Notes: generated by a model from the letters alone, not told the origin. DNA of 64,000 bases from an uncultured Thermoplasmatales archaeon (GCA_964615235.1 CAZTMK010000010.1:2118-66117), one strand, 5' to 3'. Positions 47,504-58,534 are shown, numbered from the stretch's first letter. Made by a program: numbers and translations.

Positions 47504-48267
47504 AGTTTTTTAATTAAACTCTTGCCATTGACGTGAATTTCCTCGCTTCCATTTTTAATCCTTTTATTAATTGATGAAATAGAGAGATAATCACCTTTTT
47601 TAAAAGACCTGATTTCTTTTATTTTTTCATCCCATACAACTAGGGAATTTGTTTGGTTTTGATTTTTTACAATTACATTGGTAACAAATCCAAAGTCGCC
47701 ATTATCTTTAAAAAATGATCTAGTTGGTTCAACTTCGATCAATTCACCTTCAATGTTTTGTGTTTCAGAATTGAAATTTTTGACAAGTTTGGGCATATCA
47801 TCTGGTTCAATTTCCAATAGTCCCCATCGCCCAATATTTATTTCAAGACTGCCCAAACCTTGCTTGACATATCCGTTAATAATTTTTAGATTGGAACCTA
47901 TTTGAATTTTTGATTTTACTAGTTCTACATCTTTATCCCACAAAACAAGGCCACATGTTCCAGTATTGTCAGATATTTGCAGGTTTACCACTTTTCCTGA
48001 ATAACCATTTTTTTTTGAAAATGATCTTTCTTCTGCAATGCCCATAACCTTAGCAAAAACAGTGCCTTCTTTTCCAGCAACAAGATCTGAGATTGATTGG
48101 ATGTTTTTAGTATTTCTTCCAAGTTCATCAACAATTAGCAATGCAATGGTATCTTTATCCAGAAGTCCGTCTCTTTCCCCGCATTCCTTCTGAATTTTTT
48201 CCTCAAATTCGGTTCTTGTAAGTAAATCTTTAACTGATTCGTAAAGATCATCCGATGTTTTATGCAT
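47488..48267 (-). CDS. RPA-like single-stranded DNA-binding protein (two OB folds)
   Basis: N-terminal helical LTRTEFEEKIQKE...DKDTIALLIVDELG, then OB-fold patterns VVNLQISDNTGTCGLVLWDKDVELV and VTNVIVKNQNQTNSLVVWDEKIKEI. Confidence 0.6.
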   Translation of the reverse strand: MHKTSDDLYESVKDLLTRTEFEEKIQKECGERDGLLDKDTIALLIVDELGRNTKNIQSISDLVAGKEGTVFAKVMGIAEERSFSKKNGYSGKVVNLQISDNTGTCGLVLWDKDVELVKSKIQIGSNLKIINGYVKQGLGSLEINIGRWGLLEIEPDDMPKLVKNFNSETQNIEGELIEVEPTRSFFKDNGDFGFVTNVIVKNQNQTNSLVVWDEKIKEIRSFKKGDYLSISSINKRIKNGSEEIHVNGKSLIKKLQHPP

Positions 48268-48462
48268 CCTTAAACTGACATACGGTTTTATTCTATAAAA
48301 GTATTGGATAAAATAAGTATTAACAATAATTCTAAATTTATAGTTTATAGAAAATTTTAAGCCTTAATACTACATTAGATGTTACCATAAATTCTTTAGG
48401 GAGGTATAAAAACGAAAAAGAAAGGAATAATTGTAATTATAATTGCAATTTTTTTAGCTTTA

Positions 48463-48738
48463 ATGGGTGGGGTAAATTATTGGAGTGTATTGGGACTGGC
48501 TCTTGTTTATATCCTATGGATTTATTTTGGAAATATATTTCCAATAGGTTATTCTGTTTCACTTTCCTATTCTAATCAAAAAAATTATGGATGGGTCTAT
48601 GCAGTAGGGTTAAAAGGTATTCAGGTTCTAGAAGGGGAATATCAAGGAGCATTGGCAGGTTTTACAGGTTTGAGAATTTTTAAAGATAGCGACTTTTTTA
48701 TGTTTGGTTTTTCTCTTGCATCTGTTCTTGGAAAATAA
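48463..48738 (+). CDS. Small membrane protein; real N-terminus may lie upstream at a non-canonical start
   Basis: 91-aa ORF. In-frame upstream codons 48400-48462 encode GGIKTKKKGIIVIIIAIFLAL, preceded by GGGAGG at 48399-48404, with no ATG/GTG/TTG. Confidence 0.35.
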   Translation: MGGVNYWSVLGLALVYILWIYFGNIFPIGYSVSLSYSNQKNYGWVYAVGLKGIQVLEGEYQGALAGFTGLRIFKDSDFFMFGFSLASVLGK

Positions 48739-48794
48739 AAGAATTATTGAATTTCAGCTAGTGCAATACTTCAAATATTGCTTTAAAATCTAAT

Positions 48795-49583
48795 CTATAA
48801 AAACATTTTTCCAATTATGATAATTCCAAGAAAAGTAATTAGAATTCCATAAATTCTACCAAGCTTATTTTCATCAACTTTATTTGCAAACAAAGAACCA
48901 GTAGACGCGCCAATTGCAGCAGAAATACCAACAAAAAGTGCCACTGACAAAATAACTTCATTATTTAAATAATGTCCAAAAGCACCAGATCCTGCAATAA
49001 ATGGCATCATTACTAGTGAGGTACCAATTGCAGTATGAAGATCATAACCAAGAATAAAAAGCAAAATTATTGTAACAGTTCCACTGCTACCCATTCCCAT
49101 ATAACCACTTACAAGACCAACAATAATTCCAAGTACAATAAACAGAGGAGTCTTTCTTTCTTTAAACCTATTTAGACGAAGTGTTCTCTGGAAAAAATCA
49201 ATATTTTTTTGAATTCCATTTATTACAAAGTTAATTCCAAAACCCAAAAGAAACAATCCAATTATCAAATTAAGAGCTGCCTCAGGTGTTCCTGAAGTAA
49301 ATTGACTACCGATAAATGCACCGATAATACCAGTAACAACAAGAAGAATAGTTGGTTTAATTTTTACATTACCGTGTTTTAAAAAAATTATTCCTGCAAC
49401 TGCTCCAATAATGCAATCGACTATCAGGCTAGTACCAATAACCTTATGAATTGAGTAACTGAGAAATATCGTAAGCGTAGGAATTAAGATAAAACCTGCA
49501 GTTCCCGATGCAATACCAACATAAAGTCCACTACTGAAACCAGAAATAATTAGTATGATATTTGCAACTGTTTCATCTATCAA
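48795..49583 (-). CDS. TauE/SafE (TSUP, DUF81) family anion exporter
   Basis: 262 aa with about 8 TM helices and internal duplication. Gly-rich helices are typical of TSUP proteins (GSGAFG..., GMGSSGT). Confidence 0.75.
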   Translation of the reverse strand: MIDETVANIILIISGFSSGLYVGIASGTAGFILIPTLTIFLSYSIHKVIGTSLIVDCIIGAVAGIIFLKHGNVKIKPTILLVVTGIIGAFIGSQFTSGTPEAALNLIIGLFLLGFGINFVINGIQKNIDFFQRTLRLNRFKERKTPLFIVLGIIVGLVSGYMGMGSSGTVTIILLFILGYDLHTAIGTSLVMMPFIAGSGAFGHYLNNEVILSVALFVGISAAIGASTGSLFANKVDENKLGRIYGILITFLGIIIIGKMFL

Positions 49584-49637
49584 GTAAAAAAAGAATAACG
49601 TCTGTTTTTATATAAGCTGCCGTTTTTTCTTTTTAAA

Positions 49638-50177
49638 TCAGTCTTGCTCTTCCTTGTCAAAAACGACTCCAACTACTTTTTTTGCTAAAAAATCCCTAAT
49701 TTCTTCTGGTTTTGTTGAATCAATCCCAAAATACTCGGGAAATAATTTTGTTGTGGTCAGCATCTCCGTTGCACCGTGTTTTTTTGAATTTACAAGTTTC
49801 ATAGAAACAAGTTCGTCAACATGATCGTAAATTTTTGGCCCTGCAAGTCTTCTTAAATTTGACTGTTTTACGGGTTGATGGAAAGCAATAAGGGCCAAGG
49901 TCTTTAACATATTTTGTTTTATATCAGGTTTTGCTACAAGCATGGAGGATTCAATATATCGCTTTTTAAGTTGCATTGTATATTTGTTCCCAGCTTTGAT
50001 AACTTCCATAGATGTATCGTTTTTCCTGTCCACATTGTAATCCTGAATAAGTGCTTCTAAATTTTCTTTTACTTTTTTTGAGGGTAGTTGCGTTGCTTCT
50101 GCAATCTCGCCAATACCAACCGGTTTTCCGGCAGAAAACAAAACAGATTCGACCAAACGCTTTTCTCTTGCTCCCAT
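49638..50177 (-). CDS. scpB: Segregation and condensation protein B
   Basis: LVESVLFSAGKPVGIGEIAEAT...LEALIQDYN, with a second winged helix. It sits downstream of scpA and smc. Confidence 0.8.
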   Translation of the reverse strand: MGAREKRLVESVLFSAGKPVGIGEIAEATQLPSKKVKENLEALIQDYNVDRKNDTSMEVIKAGNKYTMQLKKRYIESSMLVAKPDIKQNMLKTLALIAFHQPVKQSNLRRLAGPKIYDHVDELVSMKLVNSKKHGATEMLTTTKLFPEYFGIDSTKPEEIRDFLAKKVVGVVFDKEEQD

Positions 50178-50201
50178 GTCTCTTATCCCATTTTATCCAT
50201 A

Positions 50202-51062
50202 TTAAGGATTTTTAATATATATCTTTCCGTATGGAAATTGTTTTTGAAAAACGGTTATTTTGTTATCAGATGCAAGAAATAAAACCGACATAAACACTTT
50301 GATAATTTCATCCTTATCCATTGTTTTGCAAATATCTAGAAGTGACATTGTTTTCTGAGGATATTTCTTTATTCGATCCCAAATCGACTGAATGTCTTCT
50401 TCAAGATGATCCTCATGTGCAGTTCCTTGCATTCTTTTACGTGATTTTTCAGCAAGTCTTATTCTTTCCTCGCGTCTTTGAATTTCAATTAATTGATACT
50501 CATCAGATTCCTTTTTTGCCTTTCCAAATGCGTCCAGAAGCTCGATTAGTGTTACCTTCCTTTTGGAATCTCTTCTTACAGGTTCTTCTAAAGGTGGTCT
50601 TGGTGTGTTCATTACCAAATTCGTGTAAGAATAACCATCATCTGACTCAAGCCAGTAGCCTTTAGGAATGTCCCCCCAACCAAAAACTTCGGGCTCCTCT
50701 TCAATTTTTTTCATATTTGTAACTAAATCATTACTCTGTAATTTCAGTACTTTCCATGCCATGTAGATGATTCTACCGGCCGTGATTAAATCAATTTTTG
50801 CCTCTTTAGCTCGTTTAAGATACATCGAAGAAAAATTAACTAAATCTAAGTCCCAGGGATCAAGGTGATTGTTAATTACAAGTTCAAAAGCAATTGATAT
50901 TGATCTATCAAAAGGATCATCAATTGAAATATAATCTCCTTCATTTGTTTTCTGAAGCATGTTTACATAGTAATTTATGTCTATTGTATCCTCTTGTTCG
51001 TCTATTAAGGATTTATGAAACAATAAATGATTTATCACATCGTCATCAATTTTAAGTTGCAC
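50202..51062 (-). CDS. scpA: Segregation and condensation protein A (kleisin)
   Basis: LDPWDLDLVNFSSMYLKRAKE...AGRIIYMAWKVLKLQS. 11-nt overlap with the end of smc. Confidence 0.8.
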   Translation of the reverse strand: MQLKIDDDVINHLLFHKSLIDEQEDTIDINYYVNMLQKTNEGDYISIDDPFDRSISIAFELVINNHLDPWDLDLVNFSSMYLKRAKEAKIDLITAGRIIYMAWKVLKLQSNDLVTNMKKIEEEPEVFGWGDIPKGYWLESDDGYSYTNLVMNTPRPPLEEPVRRDSKRKVTLIELLDAFGKAKKESDEYQLIEIQRREERIRLAEKSRKRMQGTAHEDHLEEDIQSIWDRIKKYPQKTMSLLDICKTMDKDEIIKVFMSVLFLASDNKITVFQKQFPYGKIYIKNP

Positions 51063-54000
51063 TAACCATCCTCCCGCCTGAGATGTCTATTTCTCCTTTG
51101 GGCCCAACGGTGTTTGGATCAATATTTCCAATCATTTCTGAAATTCCATTTTCTCTCATTGTAACTCCATAAACATGGTTTGCTTCCTTTAAAGCCACCT
51201 TTCTAAGTGACACCATTATGAATTGAGAGTCTATTGCATTGTTTTTTACCATTCTTGAAACATTTTCAGCATTTATTCCATCCAAAAACATATCAACTTC
51301 ATCAAGTACATAGAAGGGGCTTGGATCATATTGCTGAATAGCAAAAATAAATGCAAGGGAGGCAATGCTTTTTTCTCCACCAGATAGTGCAGAAAGCAAA
51401 AGTATCTTTTTTCCACGTGGTCTTGCTTTTATCGTTAGACCGCTTTCGAAAAGTTTCTCTGGATCCTCAATTTGTAGAGAAGCTTCTCCGCCTTCAGAAA
51501 GTCTAGCATAGATTGTTTTAAAGTTTCGATCTACTTCCTCATATACCTCGTAGAACTTTTCTTTTTTCTTCTCAGTTATTTCATCAGCAAGCTTTACCAA
51601 GTTTTTACGCTGATCTTTTAGATGTTTTACATCATCATCAAGCTTGTTTTTACGATCGCATTGATGTTCATATTCTTCCAATGCACGCATATTTACCGGC
51701 TCAAGTTCTCTCATAGACTCTTCGGTAACCCTGATAGAATCCTTTAAGGATTCCACATTTGGTATGTTTGTATCCGTTATTTCTATGTTGTATAACTTAA
51801 GTTCCTCTTCAAGTTCCTTTATTGCACTTTCCAATGTGGGTAACCTATACTTAGCCCTAGAAATCAAGTCATAATAAGATTCAATACGGGTATTTGCTTT
51901 GTCAAGATCGTTTTCAACTGTGACCGACTTTTTATAGATTTCATCCCGTTTTATGGTTAAACCTTTCATTTTACCTGTCATTTGCTCTTCTACAGTCATC
52001 AAAGCTTTCATTTCGTCGTGATAGCTCGATCTTGATTCCTTTAATTGTTTGATGGACTCCTTGAAATTCTCAATGTCCTTTTCTTTTGATTTTATTCCAG
52101 AGCAAATCTCTTCCTTTCTTTCGTTTAAAATCTCAAGTTTCTTTTCTAACGCCTCTCTCTCAGAAGATAGTTTTAAAATTGACTCTTGAAGTGTTTTTAC
52201 TTCCCCCTCAAGCATTCTTGCATTTTGAGCAGTTTCCTTCTTTGTTCCCTTTAGTAGGATTTTTCCTTTTTCTTCTTTGAGATTGTCTAGTTCATCAAGC
52301 CTCGAACTAATAATATTGATTTGTTCAATTAGTTCGTTTTTCTTTTCTAAAAGTTCCTCTTTTTCCTTACATTTAGATTCGATATCTCGAGTTACAACAT
52401 CAATTTTTACAGTAAACTCTTTTTTTCTAACGTCAATATCTTTGACCTGTATCTCTTGTACAGTATTGGTTCTAATTTCACCAAGATTTCTTTCCAATTC
52501 TCCAATTTCTTTTCTTAGGTTCTTTAATTCCTCTGAAAGTGTATCCTGACTTGAAACCGCGCTATTCAACTCCCTGGTTATTTCATCAAGTTTACTTCTA
52601 TCAACTCCTGAAAAAGAAAGACTTGTTTTTGGCCTACTTCCCCCAATCATCGCACCAGATGCTTCAATTAAAGATCCCTTTAAATCAACTAATCGAACAC
52701 CGCCCATCAATCTGCGAGCATCACTTAAGGAATCAACCACAACTGTATCGCCAAAGACAAACCAAAAAGCACTGCGGTATTCATCGTTAAATTTAACCAA
52801 ATCTATTGCAAAGCCATGAGCTTTTGGATCATCAACTGCAATTAATGCATTTGCACGCGGTTTACCGGAAACCATCTTGTTTAACGGGAGAAATGTAGCA
52901 CGTCCCATATTTTGTTTCTGTAGTAACTTTATTGCATGTGAAGCATCCTCATCACTATCAACAACAATTGATTGCAATCTATTGCCTGCAGCAATTTCCA
53001 CCGCCAATTTATATTTTTCATCAACTTGAGCGAGATCTGCAATGGTGCCGTGTATACCGTGAAGTTTTCCTTCATCCCGTGCTTTTATTATTTCACATAC
53101 AGCACTATTATATTTACTATTAACAGATTGAATGGCATCATACTCTGCCTGCAATTTTGATTGTTCACGTTGTAATCTTCTTATTACATTTTCTAAATCT
53201 GATAATTGTTCAGTTAGTTCCGATTCTTTTTTCTTTTTTTCAAAAAATTCTTTTTCTAGGTTTTTCAGTTTTTTATTTTTCTCTGCGTCCTCTTTTTTCC
53301 ATTCGTCAGATTGCCAATCAATATCTTTTAATTCAAATTCATAAGTTGATTTTGTTTCCTGTAATTCTGACAGCTGAATATCAATTGCTTCAATTTTTTC
53401 AACTAGTCTATCTTCTTTTAATTTAATCTCATGGAGTTCACTATTTTTAGTGTCATACTCCTGTCGCATTTTGGCAAGTTCTCTAGATACATCCATTGAC
53501 AAATCATCTGATTGTGCAATTGTTTCCTTGAGTTCTGTAAGTTTTGATTCTTTTTCCTTTAATTCGTTTTCTTTTTCCCCAATAATTCTTGCAATTTCTT
53601 CACTTTTTGTTTTATATTCGTTCAATTCATTTTCAATTGATTCTATGTCATCAATTTTATCCTTGCCTTCCTTTTGTAATTCCCTGATTTCATCGTTTGA
53701 GTAATTTATCCTTTCGTCAATCTTTATTATCTCGCTTCTATAATTGTCAATTTTTTCTTTTAGTTCTTTAACTTCCTCCCCACCTACATCTCCTATCTTT
53801 TTTTCAATTTCACCTAGTTCTTTTTGATATTCTGCATATTGTTGCTTTAATTTTGTGACTTTCTCGTCGAGTTTGTCTCTTTCATTTTCATATGATTCAA
53901 TCTGCCTGTTAATTTCACTTACCTGAGTTTCTACATCTTGCTTTTTTTTAAGAGCTATCTTTGCTTTAAGTTCGTATAATTTATCCTTAAGTTCCTTGTA

Positions 54001-54669
54001 TCTGTAGGCTGAATCTCGATCATTTTTAAGTTGTCTAATTTGTGTTGAAATTTCATTTAAAATAATTTTTATCCTCTCTAAATTTTCATCCACTTCTACT
54101 TTTTCCTTCTCCGCTTTTTCAATATCTTTGTCAAAAGTACTGATGCCAGCGATATCGTCGATTACCCTTCTTCTATCCATTGAACCCATTTCAATCAGAT
54201 TTGTGACATCGCCCTGTTTTACAATGTTGTAGCCATCACCAGATATTCTCCCATGATTGAGAATATTTAGAAAATCAGAATATGATGCTGCTCTTTCATT
54301 AACATAAAAATAGCTGTAATAGTTGTCAGGATTATTTTTGATGGGGGCTCGCTTAATCATTCTGGTTAGCATCACTTGATCTGAATCAATTGGCATTTTC
54401 CTGCTTTTATTGTCAAAAACAAGACTTACTTTACAGTATTTCGATGGATTTTTATGTTTTTTACCGCCATTGAAAATGAGATCGGTTAATCTTCCAGCTC
54501 GCATTACCTTTGAGCTTTTTGGACCTAAAACAAATAAAATTGCATCTGCAATATTGCTCTTTCCAGATCCGTTTGGACCTGTAATTGCAGTAAAACCAGG
54601 AAAGAATGGTACAGAGATCTTTCTACCGAAAGATTTGAAATTTTCCATTCTGACTTCTTTAAGATACAA
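51052..54669 (-). CDS. smc: Chromosome segregation protein SMC
   Basis: 1205 aa. N-terminal FKSF...ITGPNGSGKSNIADAILFVLG, long coiled coils, a hinge, and C-terminal LSGGEKSIASLAFIFAIQQYDPSPFYVLDEVDMFLD. Confidence 0.95.
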   Translation of the reverse strand: MYLKEVRMENFKSFGRKISVPFFPGFTAITGPNGSGKSNIADAILFVLGPKSSKVMRAGRLTDLIFNGGKKHKNPSKYCKVSLVFDNKSRKMPIDSDQVMLTRMIKRAPIKNNPDNYYSYFYVNERAASYSDFLNILNHGRISGDGYNIVKQGDVTNLIEMGSMDRRRVIDDIAGISTFDKDIEKAEKEKVEVDENLERIKIILNEISTQIRQLKNDRDSAYRYKELKDKLYELKAKIALKKKQDVETQVSEINRQIESYENERDKLDEKVTKLKQQYAEYQKELGEIEKKIGDVGGEEVKELKEKIDNYRSEIIKIDERINYSNDEIRELQKEGKDKIDDIESIENELNEYKTKSEEIARIIGEKENELKEKESKLTELKETIAQSDDLSMDVSRELAKMRQEYDTKNSELHEIKLKEDRLVEKIEAIDIQLSELQETKSTYEFELKDIDWQSDEWKKEDAEKNKKLKNLEKEFFEKKKKESELTEQLSDLENVIRRLQREQSKLQAEYDAIQSVNSKYNSAVCEIIKARDEGKLHGIHGTIADLAQVDEKYKLAVEIAAGNRLQSIVVDSDEDASHAIKLLQKQNMGRATFLPLNKMVSGKPRANALIAVDDPKAHGFAIDLVKFNDEYRSAFWFVFGDTVVVDSLSDARRLMGGVRLVDLKGSLIEASGAMIGGSRPKTSLSFSGVDRSKLDEITRELNSAVSSQDTLSEELKNLRKEIGELERNLGEIRTNTVQEIQVKDIDVRKKEFTVKIDVVTRDIESKCKEKEELLEKKNELIEQINIISSRLDELDNLKEEKGKILLKGTKKETAQNARMLEGEVKTLQESILKLSSEREALEKKLEILNERKEEICSGIKSKEKDIENFKESIKQLKESRSSYHDEMKALMTVEEQMTGKMKGLTIKRDEIYKKSVTVENDLDKANTRIESYYDLISRAKYRLPTLESAIKELEEELKLYNIEITDTNIPNVESLKDSIRVTEESMRELEPVNMRALEEYEHQCDRKNKLDDDVKHLKDQRKNLVKLADEITEKKKEKFYEVYEEVDRNFKTIYARLSEGGEASLQIEDPEKLFESGLTIKARPRGKKILLLSALSGGEKSIASLAFIFAIQQYDPSPFYVLDEVDMFLDGINAENVSRMVKNNAIDSQFIMVSLRKVALKEANHVYGVTMRENGISEMIGNIDPNTVGPKGEIDISGGRMVSAT

Positions 54670-54831
54670 TTTCCATCCCTTCCGAATCTACAATAAGGAC
54701 ATCCACTGTGCCAATTCTAATACCTGCATCCCGAGAATCTAAATCAGAAAAGTATATATAAAATTATGGAAAATTATCTTAAAAAATTAGACTAAATTAA
54801 TATCTACATTATAATTTACTTCATATTACAT

Positions 54832-55323
54832 ATGCTAGAAATAAGACGGAAAGAAAAAACCATCACAGATCATGTTGAGATGAAAAAGATACTTACACAG
54901 ACAAAATACATTACTATCGCTATGTGTATTAACAACGAACCCTACTTGATAACTCTTAGTCATGGATATGAACAAGAACATGATATCATCTATTTTCACT
55001 GTGCTTCTGAAGGGAAAAAGATTGATATTTTAAAACAGAACAATATCGTTTGGGGTCAAGCATTACAAGACAAAGGATACGTTGAAGGGAAATGCGACCA
55101 TCTCTGGGCGACTGTCATGTTCCGAGGTACTGTATCATTTATAGATGATGCAGATGATAAGCTCCATGCACTTGAAGTGATGATTAAACAATTAGAGCAA
55201 AATCCAGAACAGGTGACGAAAAAACAAATTACAGAAAAATCATTGAAACGAGTCAACATAGGTAGAATTGATATTGATTACATGAGTGGTAAAAAATCAG
55301 ACAAAGTCGTAGTATCACTTTAG
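54832..55323 (+). CDS. Pyridoxamine 5'-phosphate oxidase-like FMN-binding split-barrel protein
   Basis: 163 aa. IRRKEKTITDHVEMKKIL...YITIAMCINNEPYLITLSHGY...IYFHCASEGKKIDIL is typical of the Pyridox_ox_2/NimA-like family. Confidence 0.65.
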   Translation: MLEIRRKEKTITDHVEMKKILTQTKYITIAMCINNEPYLITLSHGYEQEHDIIYFHCASEGKKIDILKQNNIVWGQALQDKGYVEGKCDHLWATVMFRGTVSFIDDADDKLHALEVMIKQLEQNPEQVTKKQITEKSLKRVNIGRIDIDYMSGKKSDKVVVSL

Positions 55324-55433
55324 ATTTTGATTTTTATTCTATTTATTAGAATTTCAATAAAGCGGCATCTAGATAAACTGGGGTTCAAAAATCTCTTTCC
55401 CCCATATCTTCTTAGGTGAAAAAAAATAGAATT

Positions 55434-55859
55434 TTATAGCTTTTCAGCAAACTCATCAAGCTTTGATTCCCAACCTTCTGGAAGTCCGTTCCCTGTTTGA
55501 GCATTCTTTCCAACTTGAAAATCGACACCAGCCACCTTTACCATATTCTTTTTTGACAGAAGCTTTTCCATTTTGTTTAGCCAATTCTTATTCATAGAAT
55601 GAGTGTTGATTATGCCATATCTCTTTTCTTCCAATCCCTGTATATTCTTCATAAAACTCCTCATATTTTTTTGGATGTTGAATGCCTCAGTTGGGGCCGA
55701 GAAAACATACAAGTCTGCCTCTGGCATAGATTTAGGATCGGCTTCGTCTGTTTTAAAGACCTTAACTTCTTCTACCTTATTTTTTAATTTTCCAGTTAAG
55801 TTTTCAACAATTTTCTTTCCATTACCATATCTTGACCAGTAAACAATAACATACCTCAT
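55434..55859 (-). CDS. Flavodoxin-like protein
   Basis: MRYVIVYWSRYGNGKKIVENL (FMN phosphate-loop-like), 141 aa, alternating beta/alpha pattern. Confidence 0.6.
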   Translation of the reverse strand: MRYVIVYWSRYGNGKKIVENLTGKLKNKVEEVKVFKTDEADPKSMPEADLYVFSAPTEAFNIQKNMRSFMKNIQGLEEKRYGIINTHSMNKNWLNKMEKLLSKKNMVKVAGVDFQVGKNAQTGNGLPEGWESKLDEFAEKL

Positions 55860-56015
55860 AAATTCACCAAGGGAAAAACCAGTTTATAGTATAAAAATAT
55901 ATAAGGATGATTTAACACTAAACTAAAAGAATTTAAAAATTGTGTTATGGACATATAGTAAAATGCTTACAAGCTTACAAAAAGTATATATCGTCAAAAA
56001 CATAACCGATATTTA

Positions 56016-56207
56016 ATGTTTGAAAATCGTACAAAAAAAGAAAAAATTGTAATTTACGTTTTCATTTCTCTATTGTTTACATTGATACTAGGGGCATTTC
56101 ATTTGTTCTTTCAAGGCTGGAGTATATACATTGTAATAATTGTTGCTAATATTGAGTTTTTCTGTCTGTTTTACATCCTCTATTTACCCGTAAAATATAA
56201 GGGTTAA
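56016..56207 (+). CDS. Possible small membrane protein
   Basis: 63-aa ORF with two hydrophobic helices. No other support. Confidence 0.25.
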   Translation: MFENRTKKEKIVIYVFISLLFTLILGAFHLFFQGWSIYIVIIVANIEFFCLFYILYLPVKYKG

Positions 56208-56766
56208 TATTAATATTGTACAAAAATTATTTAAATTCATAAATTATACTATATATGGGGATAGCAATAACTGAAATTTTCGAAAGTGAGAAAGAATTAA
56301 GAAAGGCATATCTACACCTAATATTTCCAAATAAAAAAGAACCTATCATTTGGAATAATAAATAATTAATAATAAAAGTTTTATTTGGAAAAAAACGTAA
56401 GAATTTTTTAGAAAACTTGTTATTTAGATAATATTTACTATCCCATTAATTACCAGGATTAATAGTAACAGAGCCTGCATAATTATCTGCTAATATTGAT
56501 TTATTAACTTATTTTAGATGGTATTTTGTGGGATGATGAAAAATAAAAAAGAAATTGTTTATACAAAACCAATGCAGATAACTTTATTTGAAGAAGATGT
56601 CGATGGGAATTTGGTAGTAAACATTTTTACATAGATGCTGTTTGAAAAATAAATGGTCATAATTTTGCCGCTTAATTTATAAGACTAAATTGATTCTTTT
56701 TTGTAATTAGGTATTTAAAAAAAATGTGTTTAGTATTTTAAAATCAAATACCAGGTGGTCTGAAGC

Positions 56767-57000
56767 ATGGTTAAAATAAACATTAGTATAGAAGGAGAAG
56801 ATGTCCAAGACATTATTTCAGAATTATTTTCACTAGGCAAGGAATATATTCAGTCCCACAAAAACGAAATTAGAGAAATACTGGATTTGTTGGCAGATGA
56901 GTCAATTGATATTCTCATGGACCGGAAAACAATTGAGAAGGGTGCAAAATTATATAGAAAACTAAACACGGAGATTAACTATCAATATAAGAACAAATAA
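56767..57000 (+). CDS. Hypothetical small protein (77 aa)
   Basis: ORF with a helical, charged composition. RBS-like CCAGGTGG upstream. Confidence 0.35.
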   Translation: MVKINISIEGEDVQDIISELFSLGKEYIQSHKNEIREILDLLADESIDILMDRKTIEKGAKLYRKLNTEINYQYKNK

Positions 57001-57062
57001 AATACTTGTGTCAACATACTTTCTACTAAATAGACTCGTGAATTACCGATTTAATATTTAAC

Positions 57063-57209
57063 TTATAATTTTTTAAAATCCACAAATCTAAAACTTGAAT
57101 TTTCACAATAAGGACAATATTCTTCCATTATTATGAAAGGATCAATTTTCCGAAACGGAACTTGCTTAATCTGTTTACCACATACTCTACATACTGTAAA
57201 GTAATTCAA
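57063..57209 (-). CDS. Mini zinc-ribbon protein, 48 aa (TTG start); not in the ORF track
   Basis: (M)NYFTVCRVCGKQIKQVPFRKIDPFIIMEEYCPYCENSSFRFVDFKKL has two CxxC pairs. Confidence 0.3.
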   Translation of the reverse strand: MNYFTVCRVCGKQIKQVPFRKIDPFIIMEEYCPYCENSSFRFVDFKKL

Positions 57210-57402
57210 AAAAATGCCCCCATAATTATTAATGGGGATTTAATATAAATATTTTACTATAAAACTATAACCTTATTTTAGGTCTGACTCTTTAGTCATA
57301 ACCTGGTCGGTAGAATATATAAAATTAGTAATTTTATATTTATGAACTTTTTTTACCTTTAGTCAATAAATATATTACAAATATTTATAAATTAAAAATC
57401 AT

Positions 57403-58281
57403 ATGTATAATGAAAGGGGGAAACAAATGAAAGATATTTTTTTCCGTAAAGGAATCACATTTACTGTAATAGTTTTCTTAATTTTAACATGCTTTGTATC
57501 AAATATCAGTGGGAATATTGGAGAACAAAGAAGCATATCAGGTATTGAAGATGTTAACAACGCTGAACCACCGGTAAATCCCTTAGATGAACTCCCTGTG
57601 GAAGAATGGAATAAAACTTTTGGAGGACCATATTGGGATGAAGGTCACTCGGTGCAGCAGACCACGGATGGTGGCTACATCATAACAGGAGCTACACTGT
57701 CTTATGGAGAGGACTGGTGTGATGTTTGTCTGATAAAGACGGATTCAGACGGTAACGAGCAATGGAGCAGAACATTCGGAGGAACAAATCATGAATGGGG
57801 CTACTCGGTGCAACAGACCACTGATGGCGGCTACATAATAGCAGGATATACACGTTCTTATGGAGCTGGCGGTTATGATGTTTGGTTAATAAAAGTAAAA
57901 GAAAGATATGAAAATCAACCACCATCAGTAGAATTTGTGAACCCGAAAGAGGGATATTTCCATTTTTCTGGGATACCATTACTACCAACACCCCTTGGTC
58001 TTATCGCTGATACCATTTTACTAGGAGGATTCAGGTTGAGACCAATACTGGTAAATGCCACAGATGACATGGATGAGCCAGGGGAACTAATCGTAGAGCT
58101 GTTTATTGACAATGAAGAGAAAGGATATGGTACATGGAATACAGAAACAGGATATTACGAATGGAAGTGGACTGGATGGGCGCTTGGTACATACAGACTA
58201 ATGGCAAAGGCGAAGGATACTAAAGGGGCTGAAAGTGATTGGGCATCTATGGACGTCTGGAATTTCTGTTTTATACCATAA
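57403..58281 (+). CDS. Secreted repeat protein (W-x-x-TFGG...[14 protein letters not shown]-type repeats) with an Ig-like C-terminal domain
   Basis: Signal/anchor. Two near-identical repeats: [28 protein letters not shown]...[15 protein letters not shown] and [28 protein letters not shown]...DVWLIKV. Confidence 0.6.
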   Translation: MYNERGKQMKDIFFRKGITFTVIVFLILTCFVSNISGNIGEQRSISGIEDVNNAEPPVNPLDELPVEEWNKTFGGPYWDEGHSVQQTTDGGYIITGATLSYGEDWCDVCLIKTDSDGNEQWSRTFGGTNHEWGYSVQQTTDGGYIIAGYTRSYGAGGYDVWLIKVKERYENQPPSVEFVNPKEGYFHFSGIPLLPTPLGLIADTILLGGFRLRPILVNATDDMDEPGELIVELFIDNEEKGYGTWNTETGYYEWKWTGWALGTYRLMAKAKDTKGAESDWASMDVWNFCFIP

Positions 58282-58393
58282 TTGAAAAAATAAATTTGAT
58301 TGATCAATTAGTCTGACCAGTTTGAAATGCCATACTATTTATACTATGAGTATTCATATATATAAGGTGGAAGAAAGTAAAGGTGGAGATGAA

Positions 58394-58534
58394 ATGGAAA
58401 AACTGAAAGAGTTGTCATTTCAAGAAATTATGCAATTAAATAAAGACATAGAAGAATTTGAAAATGATTTTGGCATGATTTTTAAAATGATGGATATTGA
58501 GGAAATAAAAACAATACTAAAACAAAAATCTTAG
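58394..58534 (+). CDS. Possible small acidic protein (46 aa)
   Basis: ATG at 58394 preceded by AAGGTGGAG. MEKLKELSFQEIMQLNKDIEEFENDFG... Confidence 0.25.
   Translation: MEKLKELSFQEIMQLNKDIEEFENDFGMIFKMMDIEEIKTILKQKS

Noticed and set aside
52086-53704. A series of plus-strand ORFs (62-90 aa) rich in S/F/L inside the smc locus
   Set aside because: They are antisense shadows of the Glu/Lys-rich coiled-coil coding sequence of SMC. Their composition is low-complexity and none has independent support.
57275-58320. Short similar motifs (GGTCTGAC / GTCTGACC) flanking gene 57403..58281 as possible direct repeats of an insertion
   Set aside because: The match is only about 8 nt and is within chance expectation. 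The gene shows no other sign of mobility.
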